A DNA stretch of 64,000 nucleotides, taken from positions 1 through 64,000 of the forward strand of contig JAVJWO010000134.1 in assembly GCA_040222015.1 (NCBI GenBank), in the 5' to 3' direction. The position numbers and the translations under genes are program-made. Shown in pieces: positions 1 to 10,679 of this stretch. Below the pieces are notes generated by a model. That model was not told the DNA's origin, did no database searches, and saw only the letters and a program-made list of their open reading frames with translations. Source of the stretch: Coleofasciculus chthonoplastes F2-STO-03 (GTDB taxonomy: Bacteria; Cyanobacteriota; Cyanobacteriia; Cyanobacteriales; Coleofasciculaceae). Numbering within the stretch: position 1 is the stretch's first letter; each line of letters opens with the position of its first letter.

Positions 1-101
1 GTGGAGCGAACATAAGACCTGATGGGCATAAGTCCAAGGGGCAGTTGCGAAAAACCTCTCTCGCTAGTCGAAGGGGAAAGAAGCAGAAACCTAAATCGTG
101 A
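1..101 (+). CDS. tnpB: 3' end of IS200/IS605-family TnpB (partial)
   Basis: Frame from nt 3 reads GANIRPDGHKSKGQLRKTSLASRRGKKQKPKS*, typical of cyanobacterial TnpB C-termini, and overlaps an IS605 right end. Confidence 0.7.
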   Translation, partial: GANIRPDGHKSKGQLRKTSLASRRGKKQKPKS

Positions 102-141
102 GGTTTAGGAATCCCTCGTCTCCGGCGAGGGAGGATGTCAA
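1..141 (+). mobile_element. IS200/IS605 right end / TnpB omegaRNA scaffold 3' part
   Basis: Hairpins CCTAAATC-gtga-GGTTTAGG and CCCTCG-tctccgg-CGAGGG followed by AGGATGTCAA; the terminal TCAA is at 138-141. Confidence 0.8.
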
Positions 142-390
142 CAGAAGATCCTCTATTTCAGTGACGGGATTGTCCAGTAGGATTGGATGGCAAACTGATG
201 TAGAGTTTGGATAGTTCAGATCAAGGGGCGTCCAATAATAACATCGTCGATTTTCCTGGTGTTTTCTCAGAAAAAAAGCACACATTTACTATAGACATCC
301 GCCAAGCGGTAAGCTTGAATCCGTAAGCCGCCCAATGCCAAACCTGCTTTGACACTGGGTTTTGTGATCAAAAAATATTCTTCCTATCTT

Positions 391-1269
391 ATGTTTCAGC
401 GTTGCTTAATTTGCACCAATTTTGCCGACGGTTTGTATCGGTTGGTCGAGTTTGTACCCAGTTTAGCGGCTAATGGTATCCAAACGATTATCTTTCTTCA
501 TAGCGTACCGTTGTGGGAAGAAGGGGAAATTCCCCGGATAGATGAGGAAAGAATTACCCGCGCTCGCGATCGCCTGCAAACTGGATTGAAGACGATACCC
601 GAGGGTGTAGAGGTTCACATTGAAGTTCTCTCAGGACGTCCTTTGGATACTATTCCCAAAGTTGCCAAACGTTACAACGCCGATGTGATTCTGACGGGGA
701 TGGAAAGCCGCAATTTTTTACAAGAAAAGCTGTTTGGTAGCACTACAGCCGGATTAGCGAGGAACTATACCACTCCCCTGTTGATCCTGCGTCCCCAACT
801 GGTTTCGACATATACCTGTGAAGAACTCGAGCTGCGCTGTCAACATTTATTCCGCTATTTTCTGATTCCTTATAACGGCGGTAAGGCGTCGGAGTATCTG
901 TTGCAAAAGGTGAAAGCTTATGCTCAAAAGCGCCCGGATCACTCACTCTCTGAGTGTCTGTTAATGTGGGTGATTGAAGAAGTGGGACGTAAACCTGTTT
1001 CCAAGCAGCAACAAGTCCAAGTCGCACAGGAAAAGCTGAAGCAGATTAAAGCTGACTTAGAAGCGCTGGGTTTGCAAGTTAAGACAGAAGTCCGAGTCGG
1101 TAATCCTTATCTGGAAGTTTTAGATGCGGCGACAGTGTTTGACATCCGCGCGATCGCGGTTTCCTCTGAAACAATCGGCAGTATTATTGAATTGCCTATC
1201 CGTAGCTTTGCTGGGGAATTAATGCGGCGCAGTTGGCATCCCGTTCTCTTCTTTCCACCACCGAGTTAA
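391..1269 (+). CDS. Universal stress protein, tandem USP domains
   Basis: Two USP-like halves (ADVILTG...KLFGSTTAGL..PLLI; GNPYLEVL...AIAV...SFAGELMRRSWHPVL). ATG at 391 preferred over TTG at 349. Confidence 0.85.
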   Translation: MFQRCLICTNFADGLYRLVEFVPSLAANGIQTIIFLHSVPLWEEGEIPRIDEERITRARDRLQTGLKTIPEGVEVHIEVLSGRPLDTIPKVAKRYNADVILTGMESRNFLQEKLFGSTTAGLARNYTTPLLILRPQLVSTYTCEELELRCQHLFRYFLIPYNGGKASEYLLQKVKAYAQKRPDHSLSECLLMWVIEEVGRKPVSKQQQVQVAQEKLKQIKADLEALGLQVKTEVRVGNPYLEVLDAATVFDIRAIAVSSETIGSIIELPIRSFAGELMRRSWHPVLFFPPPS

Positions 1270-1292
1270 ATTTATTTGTTAGGGAACTTCTG

Positions 1293-2264
1293 CTATACTA
1301 GCTTGGCAAAGCCCTGCCGTAGCTGTTGCGCTCGCTGCCTGAGTTCAGCAATCAACTCATCTTCTCCCAAAACAACACCACCTCTGGTAATTTGTTGCTT
1401 CGCTTCAAGTTTGTGTGCCAGTTGATGGCAGAGCTGACATTTGCCTAAGATACCCATAACTGATGGGGAAAATTTCGCAAAAACGAATTCATCTTCTGAA
1501 GTAAACCCCTTTTTGTCAATTCGCTGCGATAAGTCTTCGTGAGAGTTTGACTGAGGTTTGAGCTTGTTGATAAATTGGGCAACAGCAACAACCTCTTTTT
1601 GGCGATTCAACAGGGGCCACGCCAGGATTGTATAAGTACGGTAACCTGTTTTTTTATCCGTTTTCTTCGCTTGTTCTGAACGGGGGTCGTCGTAGACATC
1701 AAAGGGAATATTGATCATGTTGGACGAGCGGGCAGCTAAACCAACAATTCCCTTGTTCATGGGGATATCAATGATTAAGGAACCCCCTTTTCCATCCTCA
1801 GCGATTAAAGAACCCACTTCCTTCTTGTGCTGATCGATTAAAAAGATACTGGCGCGATCGGCACTCAGCAAGTCTCCAGCTTTACGAGTGATACGACCTA
1901 ACATTTCACAAAGAGTGCGTACCAAATCCTGTAACGCTTTATCGACCGTGTCTTTTTCGACTGAAAAATAGGAGTTAATTTGATTCTCACCAGAATTGAA
2001 CGCTACAGAAGATACAGAGGTGAGCGATGATTCTTGTCCCTCAAAACCAGCCACTTCTCGCCAATCCAGTCCTAATAGCTGACAAATTTGCAGAAAATTT
2101 AGCCGATTAACGGGTTGACCTTTGAGAAAAAGATTATTAATTACAATAGGCAGCGAGCGACCTAGCTGTTCAGCTAGCTCTTGCTCTTGTCCGTTACTCT
2201 TATATCTCCAAGCTTGTTCGACAGCTTGGATATATTTAGGGTGCACACTTAATGTTTTTGACAT
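1293..2264 (-). CDS. N-terminal HTH-like domain + GAF domain protein
   Basis: GAF (ADRASIFL..., TGYRTYTILAWPL, NK...GFTSEDE); N-terminal QELAEQLG...NFLQICQLLGLDW HTH-like region. Start at MSKTL. Confidence 0.8.
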   Translation of the reverse strand: MSKTLSVHPKYIQAVEQAWRYKSNGQEQELAEQLGRSLPIVINNLFLKGQPVNRLNFLQICQLLGLDWREVAGFEGQESSLTSVSSVAFNSGENQINSYFSVEKDTVDKALQDLVRTLCEMLGRITRKAGDLLSADRASIFLIDQHKKEVGSLIAEDGKGGSLIIDIPMNKGIVGLAARSSNMINIPFDVYDDPRSEQAKKTDKKTGYRTYTILAWPLLNRQKEVVAVAQFINKLKPQSNSHEDLSQRIDKKGFTSEDEFVFAKFSPSVMGILGKCQLCHQLAHKLEAKQQITRGGVVLGEDELIAELRQRAQQLRQGFAKLV

Positions 2265-2426
2265 ATAGGAGCAGCGGAATTCTAACGTAATCATACAATA
2301 AGTTTTCCGGAACTAGCATCAGCCAATTGGCGTAAGATGAATACGTTATCTGTCTTAGTACAGCATGGCGGCAAATACAGAAGGGCTACAATTTTACAGC
2401 ATACCATGGTACGTCTCTTAATGTTA

Positions 2427-2466
2427 CCCCTCTACGCCTCTACCCCTCTACCCCTCTACCCCTCTA
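2427..2466. repeat. Tandem 8-mer CCCCTCTA x5
   Basis: Read directly from sequence, downstream of the mrdA stop. Confidence 0.9.
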
Positions 2467-2467
2467 C

Positions 2468-4261
2468 CTACTTTTCCTTTGCCTCCTCCGAGGACTTGGC
2501 ATCAAAGTAAGCTTCCAACACCTGCTTAACCATCGGTGCAGCTACGGAACCGCCACCACCACCGGAATGTTCAGCAAAAGCGACCACGACAATCTCGGGC
2601 TTATCGAATGGCGCAAAGGCACCAAACCAGGCGTGAGGCTTTCCAGGTGGCGCTTCGGCTGTGCCACTCTTTCCAGCTATCGGCGGTAGATGAGGCACAT
2701 TTAACACTTGTCCCGTACCACCAGCAACCACCGCTCGTAATCCCTTACGTAGTGTCTCTATCGTTGAAGGTTTCATTTCCATTGACACCCGCCAGTTGTC
2801 CACCGCCTCATTATCCTTACGTAAATGCGGTTTAACTCGATAGCCACCATTAGCCGGAACAGCAAACATGACTGCCACTTGCAGGGGTGTTGCCTGAGTA
2901 AATCCCTGACCAATGGACATATTCACGGTATCCCCCACTGTCCATTCCCAGTTGAAGCGCTCCCGCTTCCAGGTATCATCCGCAATCAAACCGGCAGCTT
3001 CTTCAGACAACTCAATTCCGGTGGGTTGACCAAATCCATAGTTCCTTGCCCATTTAATCAAAGTCGGTCCACCTACCCCTTTGCCAATTTGACCATGAAA
3101 CGTATTACTACTCCATGCCATAGCTTGCTGGTATCCCAACGGACCAAAACCGGCACGGTTCCATTCGCCAAAGGCTGTACCCCCAACATTCAGGGCGGCA
3201 AAGGTAGGCAACACGGTACCTGGTCCAAATTTCCCCGACTCCATACCCGCTGTTTGGGTCACCACCTTAAACGTACTCGCCGGGGGAAATCCGCGCATCG
3301 CTCGATTGACAAAGGGATTTCCTTTCCCTTGCAATTGCTTCCACATATCTGGAGTAATCCGGCTTGAAAAAATGTTGGGATCGAATGTAGGGCGGCTAAC
3401 CATAGCTAAAACCGCTCCATTTCTGGGATCAAGGGCGACAATCGCACCCTTTTGATTGCCCAATGCAGCTTCGGCTGCCTTCTGGGTCTTTAAATCAAGG
3501 GTAATTTGCAGGTCTTTACCTGATTTTGCCTCTTTCTCACCCAGAATCCTCAGAACTCGACCTGCACCATCGACCTCCACTTGCTGACCGCCCCATTCTC
3601 CTCGCAGGGTTGGTTCAAAGGCTTCTTCAACCCCCATCTTCCCAGCAACATCGCCCATGCGATACCCTTGGGCGCGACGTTGTCCTAGTTCTCGATCATT
3701 CAGTTCCCCGGTATATCCCAAAACGTGAGCGGCTAAATCCCCATTGGGATAATCCCTGACGGCTTCGATATCCACCTCGATCCCATCCAGTTGATGGCTA
3801 TACTCCTGTAGAGCGGTAATTTGGGCAGGTGAAAGACCCCGTTCAATCCGGATCAGCGAAGGTGAATTAAAGCCAGCGCGTTCAACCCGCTTTTGAATCT
3901 CGTCTTCGGGAAGCTCTAACAGTTGGGATAGACGTTGTCGCGTTTGGGGCCATTCATCTTTTTTCAGTGCCACGGGCCACAAGAACACCGAATGAGACAA
4001 GCGAGAGCTGGCTAGCACTTTGCCCTTGCGGTCGAAAATATTGCCCCGCACTGGCTGCTTCGGCACCAGCCGAATCCGGTTATTTTCAGCCAGTTGTCGG
4101 TTACGTTCTCCCTGAACCAACTGTAAGTACGCCAGACGAGAACCCATTGCCCCGACTAGGAACAAACTGACAATCAGCATGACAATGACCGATTGGTAAT
4201 TGCGTCCAACGGTACGGGGTGTCGTTTGGCGACCTCCGGAATAGGGCTGAATCACGGTCAT
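2468..4261 (-). CDS. mrdA: Penicillin-binding protein 2
   Basis: N-terminal TM, RGNIFDRKG dimerisation motif, STFK (SxxK), SSN and KSG transpeptidase motifs. Confidence 0.92.
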   Translation of the reverse strand: MTVIQPYSGGRQTTPRTVGRNYQSVIVMLIVSLFLVGAMGSRLAYLQLVQGERNRQLAENNRIRLVPKQPVRGNIFDRKGKVLASSRLSHSVFLWPVALKKDEWPQTRQRLSQLLELPEDEIQKRVERAGFNSPSLIRIERGLSPAQITALQEYSHQLDGIEVDIEAVRDYPNGDLAAHVLGYTGELNDRELGQRRAQGYRMGDVAGKMGVEEAFEPTLRGEWGGQQVEVDGAGRVLRILGEKEAKSGKDLQITLDLKTQKAAEAALGNQKGAIVALDPRNGAVLAMVSRPTFDPNIFSSRITPDMWKQLQGKGNPFVNRAMRGFPPASTFKVVTQTAGMESGKFGPGTVLPTFAALNVGGTAFGEWNRAGFGPLGYQQAMAWSSNTFHGQIGKGVGGPTLIKWARNYGFGQPTGIELSEEAAGLIADDTWKRERFNWEWTVGDTVNMSIGQGFTQATPLQVAVMFAVPANGGYRVKPHLRKDNEAVDNWRVSMEMKPSTIETLRKGLRAVVAGGTGQVLNVPHLPPIAGKSGTAEAPPGKPHAWFGAFAPFDKPEIVVVAFAEHSGGGGGSVAAPMVKQVLEAYFDAKSSEEAKEK

Positions 4262-4565
4262 AGTAAACGGCTTCTCAACTCTCTTTAGTAGTTTGTACTC
4301 AGTCTAGTGTTGATTGTGACGCTTTTTTCACAGAAGTGGCTTATCTGTGCCAAACTAGGTCGTTAACCCAGTCGCATCAAGGTGAAATAATAGCGCATCC
4401 TTTCCTCGAATGCATTTTTAGCGGGTCAATTCTTGGAAGCCACCCCACAAGGTTAGTAGACAGATAAAATAGACCCAAGTATAAAAAAAAGGATTAACGA
4501 ATTCACAGGTTCATCGGGTTTGATTGGTTAAATCAGGGCGACTTTGCGCTAGTGAATGAATTATT

Positions 4566-5699
4566 ATGTTTCAACCTTCCGTTAAAGACCAACGCGCTCC
4601 GGATACTACGGCTGAGCTTGATGTTGAACTCCGCAAGGTTTTCAAGGTTTTCAATGGCGAGACAGCGGTTCGGGGAATTGACTTGAAGATCCGACGGGGA
4701 GAATTTTTTAGCATTCTCGGTCCATCGGGTTGCGGTAAAACGACTACTCTGCGCTTAGTGGCAGGATTTGAGTCTCCCTCTGCAGGTGAGGTTTTGATTC
4801 AAGGGCAATCCATGAATCACGTACCTCCTCACCGCCGACCTGTCAATACGGTATTTCAAAGTTATGCTCTATTCAATCACCTGACGGTTGCGGAAAATGT
4901 CGCCTTCGGGTTGCGACTGAAAAAGCTCAAGGGGACAGACGTTGAGGAGCGAGTCAAACAAGCCCTCAAACAGGTGCAAATGGAAACTTATAGCAATCGA
5001 TTTCCCGCTCAACTGTCTGGAGGACAACAACAACGGGTCGCATTAGCACGAGCCTTGGTGAATCGTCCTACTGTTCTATTGTTGGATGAACCCTTGGGGG
5101 CGTTAGATTTTAAGCTTCGCAAAGAAATGCAGGTGGAACTCTCTAATTTGCATCAGGATTTAGGGTTAACGTTTATTATGGTGACCCACGACCAAGAAGA
5201 AGCCTTGAGCCTGTCTGATCGAATTGCCGTGATGGAGGCGGGGAAAATTGAACAAGTGGGCAACCCCACTGAAATCTACGAACGTCCCCGTACCCCCTTT
5301 GTGGCTGATTTTATTGGTGATACGAATCTGTTTAAGGGTCGCCTGCACGCTGCCGATTCCTCTACGCTACAAATTATCACGTCCAGCGGTTTGGAGATGG
5401 TTGTGCAATCCCCTGACGCCAAAGAATGGATGAGTAACTCTAAGGAAATGGTGGTTAGCGTGCGTCCGGAGAAAATTCGCTTGAGTCTTTCACCACCCAA
5501 CTCAACCGTGAATTGCTTTGAAGGTCGTCTCAAACATGTTATGTATCTGGGAACTCACGTTCACTTGGTCGTGGAACTCCTAACCGGCGATCGCCTGACG
5601 GTTATGCTGCCGAATAATGCTATGAACAAGCTACCCGAACCCCATACCTCAGTGTACGCCCGTTGGGCAACGACCGATTGTATCGCGTTAGAGGAGTAA
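4566..5699 (+). CDS. potA: Spermidine/putrescine ABC transporter ATP-binding protein
   Basis: Walker A GPSGCGKT, LSGGQ signature, LLLDE, C-terminal TOBE-like region; context with potD/potB. Confidence 0.92.
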   Translation: MFQPSVKDQRAPDTTAELDVELRKVFKVFNGETAVRGIDLKIRRGEFFSILGPSGCGKTTTLRLVAGFESPSAGEVLIQGQSMNHVPPHRRPVNTVFQSYALFNHLTVAENVAFGLRLKKLKGTDVEERVKQALKQVQMETYSNRFPAQLSGGQQQRVALARALVNRPTVLLLDEPLGALDFKLRKEMQVELSNLHQDLGLTFIMVTHDQEEALSLSDRIAVMEAGKIEQVGNPTEIYERPRTPFVADFIGDTNLFKGRLHAADSSTLQIITSSGLEMVVQSPDAKEWMSNSKEMVVSVRPEKIRLSLSPPNSTVNCFEGRLKHVMYLGTHVHLVVELLTGDRLTVMLPNNAMNKLPEPHTSVYARWATTDCIALEE

Positions 5700-5704
5700 T
5701 CACC

Positions 5705-6112
5705 ATGGCACAATCAGGAGTCAGGTTGTTTTTAGCTGAATTGGAGTCGCACTGTAACTCGAGTGCGATCGCGACGTTCCTCAATAGTGATGGAGAGTCG
5801 TTTGCCATTGACCTTAATCGTCAGGGACATAAGGTAACGTATGGAACGGATTTGGATATTAAGGAATTCTTTGTCGCCAAACTTTTGGGGGGGTGTCAAC
5901 CTCATGGTTCGTTGATCCTGCGTTCGTTTACGCCTGATATTGACGAATTTACCCAATTACCTATCAAAGAATTACGTGGCTATGTTCTGCAAGGGACAGG
6001 GAATGATCTCGAATTTGAGAAACTTCCCCCCAAGATCATGTTTGCCTGTCACAACACTGATGCAGAAACTGGGGAACCTTTACCCCTAGAACAATCTGTC
6101 CGCTATTGCTAA
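5705..6112 (+). CDS. Hypothetical protein (135 aa) inside the pot cluster
   Basis: ATG at 5705, 5 nt after the potA stop, with GAGGAG upstream; contains a HIP1 site; no recognised motif. Confidence 0.7.
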   Translation: MAQSGVRLFLAELESHCNSSAIATFLNSDGESFAIDLNRQGHKVTYGTDLDIKEFFVAKLLGGCQPHGSLILRSFTPDIDEFTQLPIKELRGYVLQGTGNDLEFEKLPPKIMFACHNTDAETGEPLPLEQSVRYC

Positions 6113-6247
6113 AGTTGTTGTTCGTCCTTTGTCATTCGTCATTCGTTCTTCGTTAGGGAACTCTTAACAGGGAACAGGGAATTCTTAGTTGTCCTTGGTT
6201 GTTGACCAATGACTATTAATGACTGGTTGCTAATAGCGTTAAAGCCA

Positions 6248-6305
6248 TGACTAATGACTAATGACTAATAACCAATGACTAATGACTAATGACTAATGAC
6301 TAATC
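6248..6305. repeat. Heptamer STRR (ATGACTA)n running into the potD start
   Basis: About 8 units read directly. Confidence 0.9.
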
Positions 6306-7411
6306 AGCCAACATCCCGAAAACGACCAACCCGCCGTCAGTTTTTACAAGCGGCGGCTTCAACCCTACCTTGGCTAACGCTGTCAGGGTGTGGCTGGAGA
6401 CTGGCGAATGTGCGCCCGGCGGCGGGGAGTCAAGATGATGCCAATCTGTTATACATTTATACGTGGGCTGGCTATACTGACCAAGATTTGTTAGACCGCT
6501 TTGAGGAAGAAACCGGGATTAGAGCGATCGCGGATGTGTTTGATTCTAATGAAGCGATGCTGGCTCGACTACAAGCGGGTGGTGGGGGCGCTTATAGCAT
6601 CATTTATCCTTCGGAGTACATGGTGCAAAAGATGATCACGATGGGAATGTTGTTAGAACTCGACCAACCCCGCATTGAGGGTATGTATCGGTTGTTTCCC
6701 CGTTTTCAGAAAGCCGACTATGATCCGGGGAATCGCCACTCCGTTCCTGTCAGTTGGGGAACCACAGGCTTGATTTACAATACCCAGCAAGTCCAACCCC
6801 CGCCAGAGGATTGGGATTATCTGTGGGTGTATCAGCAGCAGTTGGCAAAACGGATGACGTTGGTCAATGATGTGCGAGAAGTTATGGGTGCGGCGTTGAA
6901 AAAGTTGGGGTATTCTTACAATTCCACCAACGTGGAACATATTCAAGCCGCCTATCAAGCCCTGATGGACTTAAAACCTGCGATCGCATCGTTTACGTCC
7001 GATGCTTGGCGTCCCCAGATTCTCAGCGGAGATTTGAAGATTGCCATGTGTTATTCGTCCGATGCCACGGAAATCATGCCAGAAAATGAAGATTTACGCT
7101 ATGTGCTTCCTGAAAGTGGTTCCTCTCTCTGGATTGATACCCTAGCCATTCCCAAAACCGCTCCCAATGTCGAGGGCGCTTATGCTTGGATTAATTTTAT
7201 GTTGCAGCCGGATGTCGCCGCACGCATCGTGGAACGCCTCAGTTTTGCGACGCCCAATAAAGCCGCCTATAATCTTTTACCGCCCGACCTAAAAAATGAT
7301 ACCAGTCTATTTCCTCCAGAAGAAGCCCTGGAACGGTGCGAAAATCTGGAACCTTTAGGAGATGTTGAAGCCGTCTATGACCGCTATTGGACTAAATTGA
7401 CCAGCGCCTAA
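6296..7411 (+). CDS. potD: Polyamine ABC transporter substrate-binding protein (Tat lipoprotein)
   Basis: TRRQFL Tat motif, LSGC lipobox, IYTWAGY, FDSNEAM, WGTTGL motifs. Confidence 0.9.
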   Translation: MTNQPTSRKRPTRRQFLQAAASTLPWLTLSGCGWRLANVRPAAGSQDDANLLYIYTWAGYTDQDLLDRFEEETGIRAIADVFDSNEAMLARLQAGGGGAYSIIYPSEYMVQKMITMGMLLELDQPRIEGMYRLFPRFQKADYDPGNRHSVPVSWGTTGLIYNTQQVQPPPEDWDYLWVYQQQLAKRMTLVNDVREVMGAALKKLGYSYNSTNVEHIQAAYQALMDLKPAIASFTSDAWRPQILSGDLKIAMCYSSDATEIMPENEDLRYVLPESGSSLWIDTLAIPKTAPNVEGAYAWINFMLQPDVAARIVERLSFATPNKAAYNLLPPDLKNDTSLFPPEEALERCENLEPLGDVEAVYDRYWTKLTSA

Positions 7412-7524
7412 TTATAGCTGTCGTCCTAACGGTTAGGACTTTCTTTAACGCCTAAAATGACCCCAACTTTTGCCCTCTGTCTCCTTCTATAAATGCTGAC
7501 TAATTCATAATCAATACTTATACT

Positions 7525-8466
7525 GTGTCTACCGACAAAAAAGTTTCTCCCACCTCCTTACCCAATCCCGCAGCCAAAGATCATAAGGCTGAACCATCAT
7601 TTATAGAAGAACCCACACGTTCTCGACGCCAGTGGTTAGAACCTTTGGCGTTATTAGGACCGGCTGGACTGTGGCTGTTTTTATTGTTGGTTTTACCAAC
7701 TCTGATCATCTTTGAGTTGAGCTTGGTTCCTGATATTAAACCGGGGGATATTGTTAACCCGTCGGGACTGGATAACTATCTGCGCGTCTTTGAACCAATC
7801 AATCTTCAAGTGATAGGGCGATCAGTGTTTTTTGCAGTAGGTACGATGGCGATTTGTCTGGTGTTGGGATTTCCGGTAGCCTACTGGATTGCTCAGATGG
7901 CACCGAAGCGCTGGCAGAATTTACTCCTGTTAGGGTTTATCCTACCCAATTTTACCTCCTCCCTGTTGCGCTCTTATGCCTGGATTACGATTCTGCGACC
8001 CACCGGGGTACTCAATAGCATCTTAACCTCGATTGGTTTACCCGGGTTGGAACTCTTAAATACCAGTTCGGCGGTATTAATTGGTATGGCGTATAGTTAT
8101 TTACCGTACATGGTATTAATTCTCTATGCGTCCTTAGAGAAATTAGATCGGCGTTTATTGGAAGCGGCGGCGGATTTGGGTGCTAATCCGGTGCAAACGT
8201 TCTGGAAGGTAACTATACCCCAAACCTTTTCCGGTATTGCAGCGGGTTCGATTCTGGTGTTTATTACCGCTTTGGGGGATTTCGTTGATCCGGAGTTGTT
8301 AGGAGGGGCTTCCAGCATGACGGTATCTCGTCTCATTTACAACCAGTTTCTGGGCGCAACCCAAAACTGGGGATTTGGTTCAGCGCTGAGTATGGTGTTA
8401 ATTTTTGCCGTGAGTATTGCGATCGCGCTTTTAATTAAGTATGGGGATATGGAACCGCAACGCTAG
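7525..8466 (+). CDS. potB: Polyamine ABC transporter permease
   Basis: Multiple TMs, EAAADLGA motif, DFVDPELLGG. Confidence 0.88.
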   Translation: MSTDKKVSPTSLPNPAAKDHKAEPSFIEEPTRSRRQWLEPLALLGPAGLWLFLLLVLPTLIIFELSLVPDIKPGDIVNPSGLDNYLRVFEPINLQVIGRSVFFAVGTMAICLVLGFPVAYWIAQMAPKRWQNLLLLGFILPNFTSSLLRSYAWITILRPTGVLNSILTSIGLPGLELLNTSSAVLIGMAYSYLPYMVLILYASLEKLDRRLLEAAADLGANPVQTFWKVTIPQTFSGIAAGSILVFITALGDFVDPELLGGASSMTVSRLIYNQFLGATQNWGFGSALSMVLIFAVSIAIALLIKYGDMEPQR

Positions 8467-8827
8467 TTCGTTCTTCGTTGACTGGTATCTCAGATCAATC
8501 CCGGATTACAGAGGGTTTAAGCCATAGCGTATCGATCCAAGTTCACCTGTACGGGGCGCCATTTATGCGGGTCAATAAGCGGTGAACCTGTGGGATTTGT
8601 AAACATTAGTAAGCTCAGATTAAAACCTGAAAAATTAACGGCTTGAAAAGTCCTAATAAAACGATCACTTGGGTCTAATCTCTTTGGTTAGACCCATTTG
8701 ATTATGATTGACTGATTATAGCGGAACGTCTGTCAATTGTAGGGGCGGGCGCGAGCCGTTTAATTTTGTTATCTACCGATAACCTCTCAACAAAACCCGC
8801 CCTGTGTCATCAACAGGAGATATACTT

Positions 8828-10150
8828 TTAACGAACACTAATCGGTTCCGGTGGTTGATTCAAACCCCGTTCTGCCAGCATCGTATTTTCGAGAACCGTA
8901 AGCGCTTGCTTGTATTGGGGATCTTCGATTGTGGCACGTAACATCGGTTGTGTAACCAAACGCCGCTGTTGGGCGCGAGTTAAATCAATTTGCACATCAG
9001 GATTAATTCCCTTGTGATTAATATCAATACCACTAGGAGGATAGTAGCGGGAAATCGTCACCGCTAAACCTGAACCATCCGATAAGGAATGAACAGACTG
9101 TACGACAGCTTTACCAAACGTCGTCGAACCGACAACCCTCGCCCGTTTATTATCCTTCAGCGCACCCGCTAGAATTTCACTGGCGCTAGCTGAATTGCCA
9201 TCAACTAAAACAACCAGGGGAAGCTGAGTTAGTGCGGTTTGGTTGGCAGAAAACTTTTGTTCTCCCCCTTTGCGATCAATGGTGTGGACAATCTCACCCT
9301 CATCGAGCCACATCCGGGCAATTTCAATACTGGCGTACAATAATCCACCAGGATTACCACGCAAATCTAAAACATAACCATTCACATCTTGGTTATCCAG
9401 ATTGCGAATTGCCCGTTGCATTTGTTCAGGTGCGTGGGAACTAAATTCATCAATGCTGATATAACCCACCCGCATTTGACCTTCCTGCTTGAGGGTATAG
9501 TGTACAGACGGTAGCTCAATCTGAGCGCGGGTTAGGGTGACATCAAAGTGATTTTGCCCTTGACGAGATATTTTCAGAGTGACGGATGAGCCAACTTCGC
9601 CGCGAATTAACGCCGAGGCTTCTTCCGCACTCATCCCTTGAGTGGATTTGCCATCAATGGCGATAATTTTGTCTCCAGATTTAAGTTCGGCTTTGAATGC
9701 CGGTGAATTTTCAATCGGTTCAATAATAAGCAGCTTCTGGGTTTTCTCATCAACGCCCATGCGAATCCCGACGCCAGACAGTTCACCGGCTGTTTGATCC
9801 GTTAACGCTTTGAATTGTTCGGGTTCTAAAAAGCGAGTATAGGGATCACCGATGGGTTCTAGGGCGTCGCGAATGGCTTTGTAGGCTTGTTCTGGAGAGG
9901 TATAATTGCGGTTGAGTAGCTGTTGACGGGTCGCTTGCCAATCCACTTGATTGAACGAGGGATCAACGTATTCCTGATTAACAATTTGCCAAACTTCATC
10001 AACAACCGTCTTGGGACTATCCTCAAGCGCCGCAAAGACAGAGCGATTACTGCCAATTGGGGCTAACCATGATAATGTGGCTGTTGTTGCGATCGCACCC
10101 GTTACGAGGATGCTTTTCAGCCAAGGGAAGGTTTTAGAATAATGATTCAT
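8828..10150 (-). CDS. ctpB: Carboxyl-terminal processing protease (S41), PDZ domain
   Basis: DPYTRFL, GVGI PDZ, DLRGNPGG, SASASE, TFGK motifs. Start at MNHYSK. Confidence 0.85.
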   Translation of the reverse strand: MNHYSKTFPWLKSILVTGAIATTATLSWLAPIGSNRSVFAALEDSPKTVVDEVWQIVNQEYVDPSFNQVDWQATRQQLLNRNYTSPEQAYKAIRDALEPIGDPYTRFLEPEQFKALTDQTAGELSGVGIRMGVDEKTQKLLIIEPIENSPAFKAELKSGDKIIAIDGKSTQGMSAEEASALIRGEVGSSVTLKISRQGQNHFDVTLTRAQIELPSVHYTLKQEGQMRVGYISIDEFSSHAPEQMQRAIRNLDNQDVNGYVLDLRGNPGGLLYASIEIARMWLDEGEIVHTIDRKGGEQKFSANQTALTQLPLVVLVDGNSASASEILAGALKDNKRARVVGSTTFGKAVVQSVHSLSDGSGLAVTISRYYPPSGIDINHKGINPDVQIDLTRAQQRRLVTQPMLRATIEDPQYKQALTVLENTMLAERGLNQPPEPISVR

Positions 10151-10679
10151 GGGAAATACGTCGAACAGACTATGGGTTGGTTTAAAGCGGACAGTCAAAG
10201 CGTACCCAGTCGTTAGCTGCAATAATTAGCATTCCGTTACATAAGACTTACCCAAAGTTACCTACAGGCGGACATCTTTGGAACTTACTTCCTGTTTCAT
10301 CCTGGTGGTGACGGCACTCGACCAGTCCACAGGCTAACACCACCTAACTGGCTGAACCATTCTTTGACCTACCTAACTGTGGTTTTTGGCTAGATAGGTA
10401 TACCAATAAAGTATACATACTCCCGGTGGTAACCTTCATCAAGACAAGTCTCTCCCCAGTTTTGGGTAATAATCGGTAGAGGTGTCCAAGGACTTAGTTC
10501 AAGTTACTCACCCTGAGTAGGTATAGCATGGTTTTGGCGGCATCAAATCCGTCTATTGCTACTATACTCAACTTATCTGGCTAATTTCCAGAAATTTTGT
10601 GCCAGTTGACCTATTGTCCTAGTGATGAAGACAATGGCTTTGCCTCGGACAGTCAGAGTGAATCAAGTGGAAAGCCTCA

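Noticed and set aside
2536..4170. Short ORFs antisense to mrdA, and similar nested ORFs elsewhere
   Set aside because: They overlap well-supported genes and carry no motifs.
10279..10460. 6S RNA or riboswitch upstream of ctpB
   Set aside because: Only a 7-bp stem (10304-10310 with 10338-10344) is evident; I cannot match a family by eye. An Rfam scan is needed.
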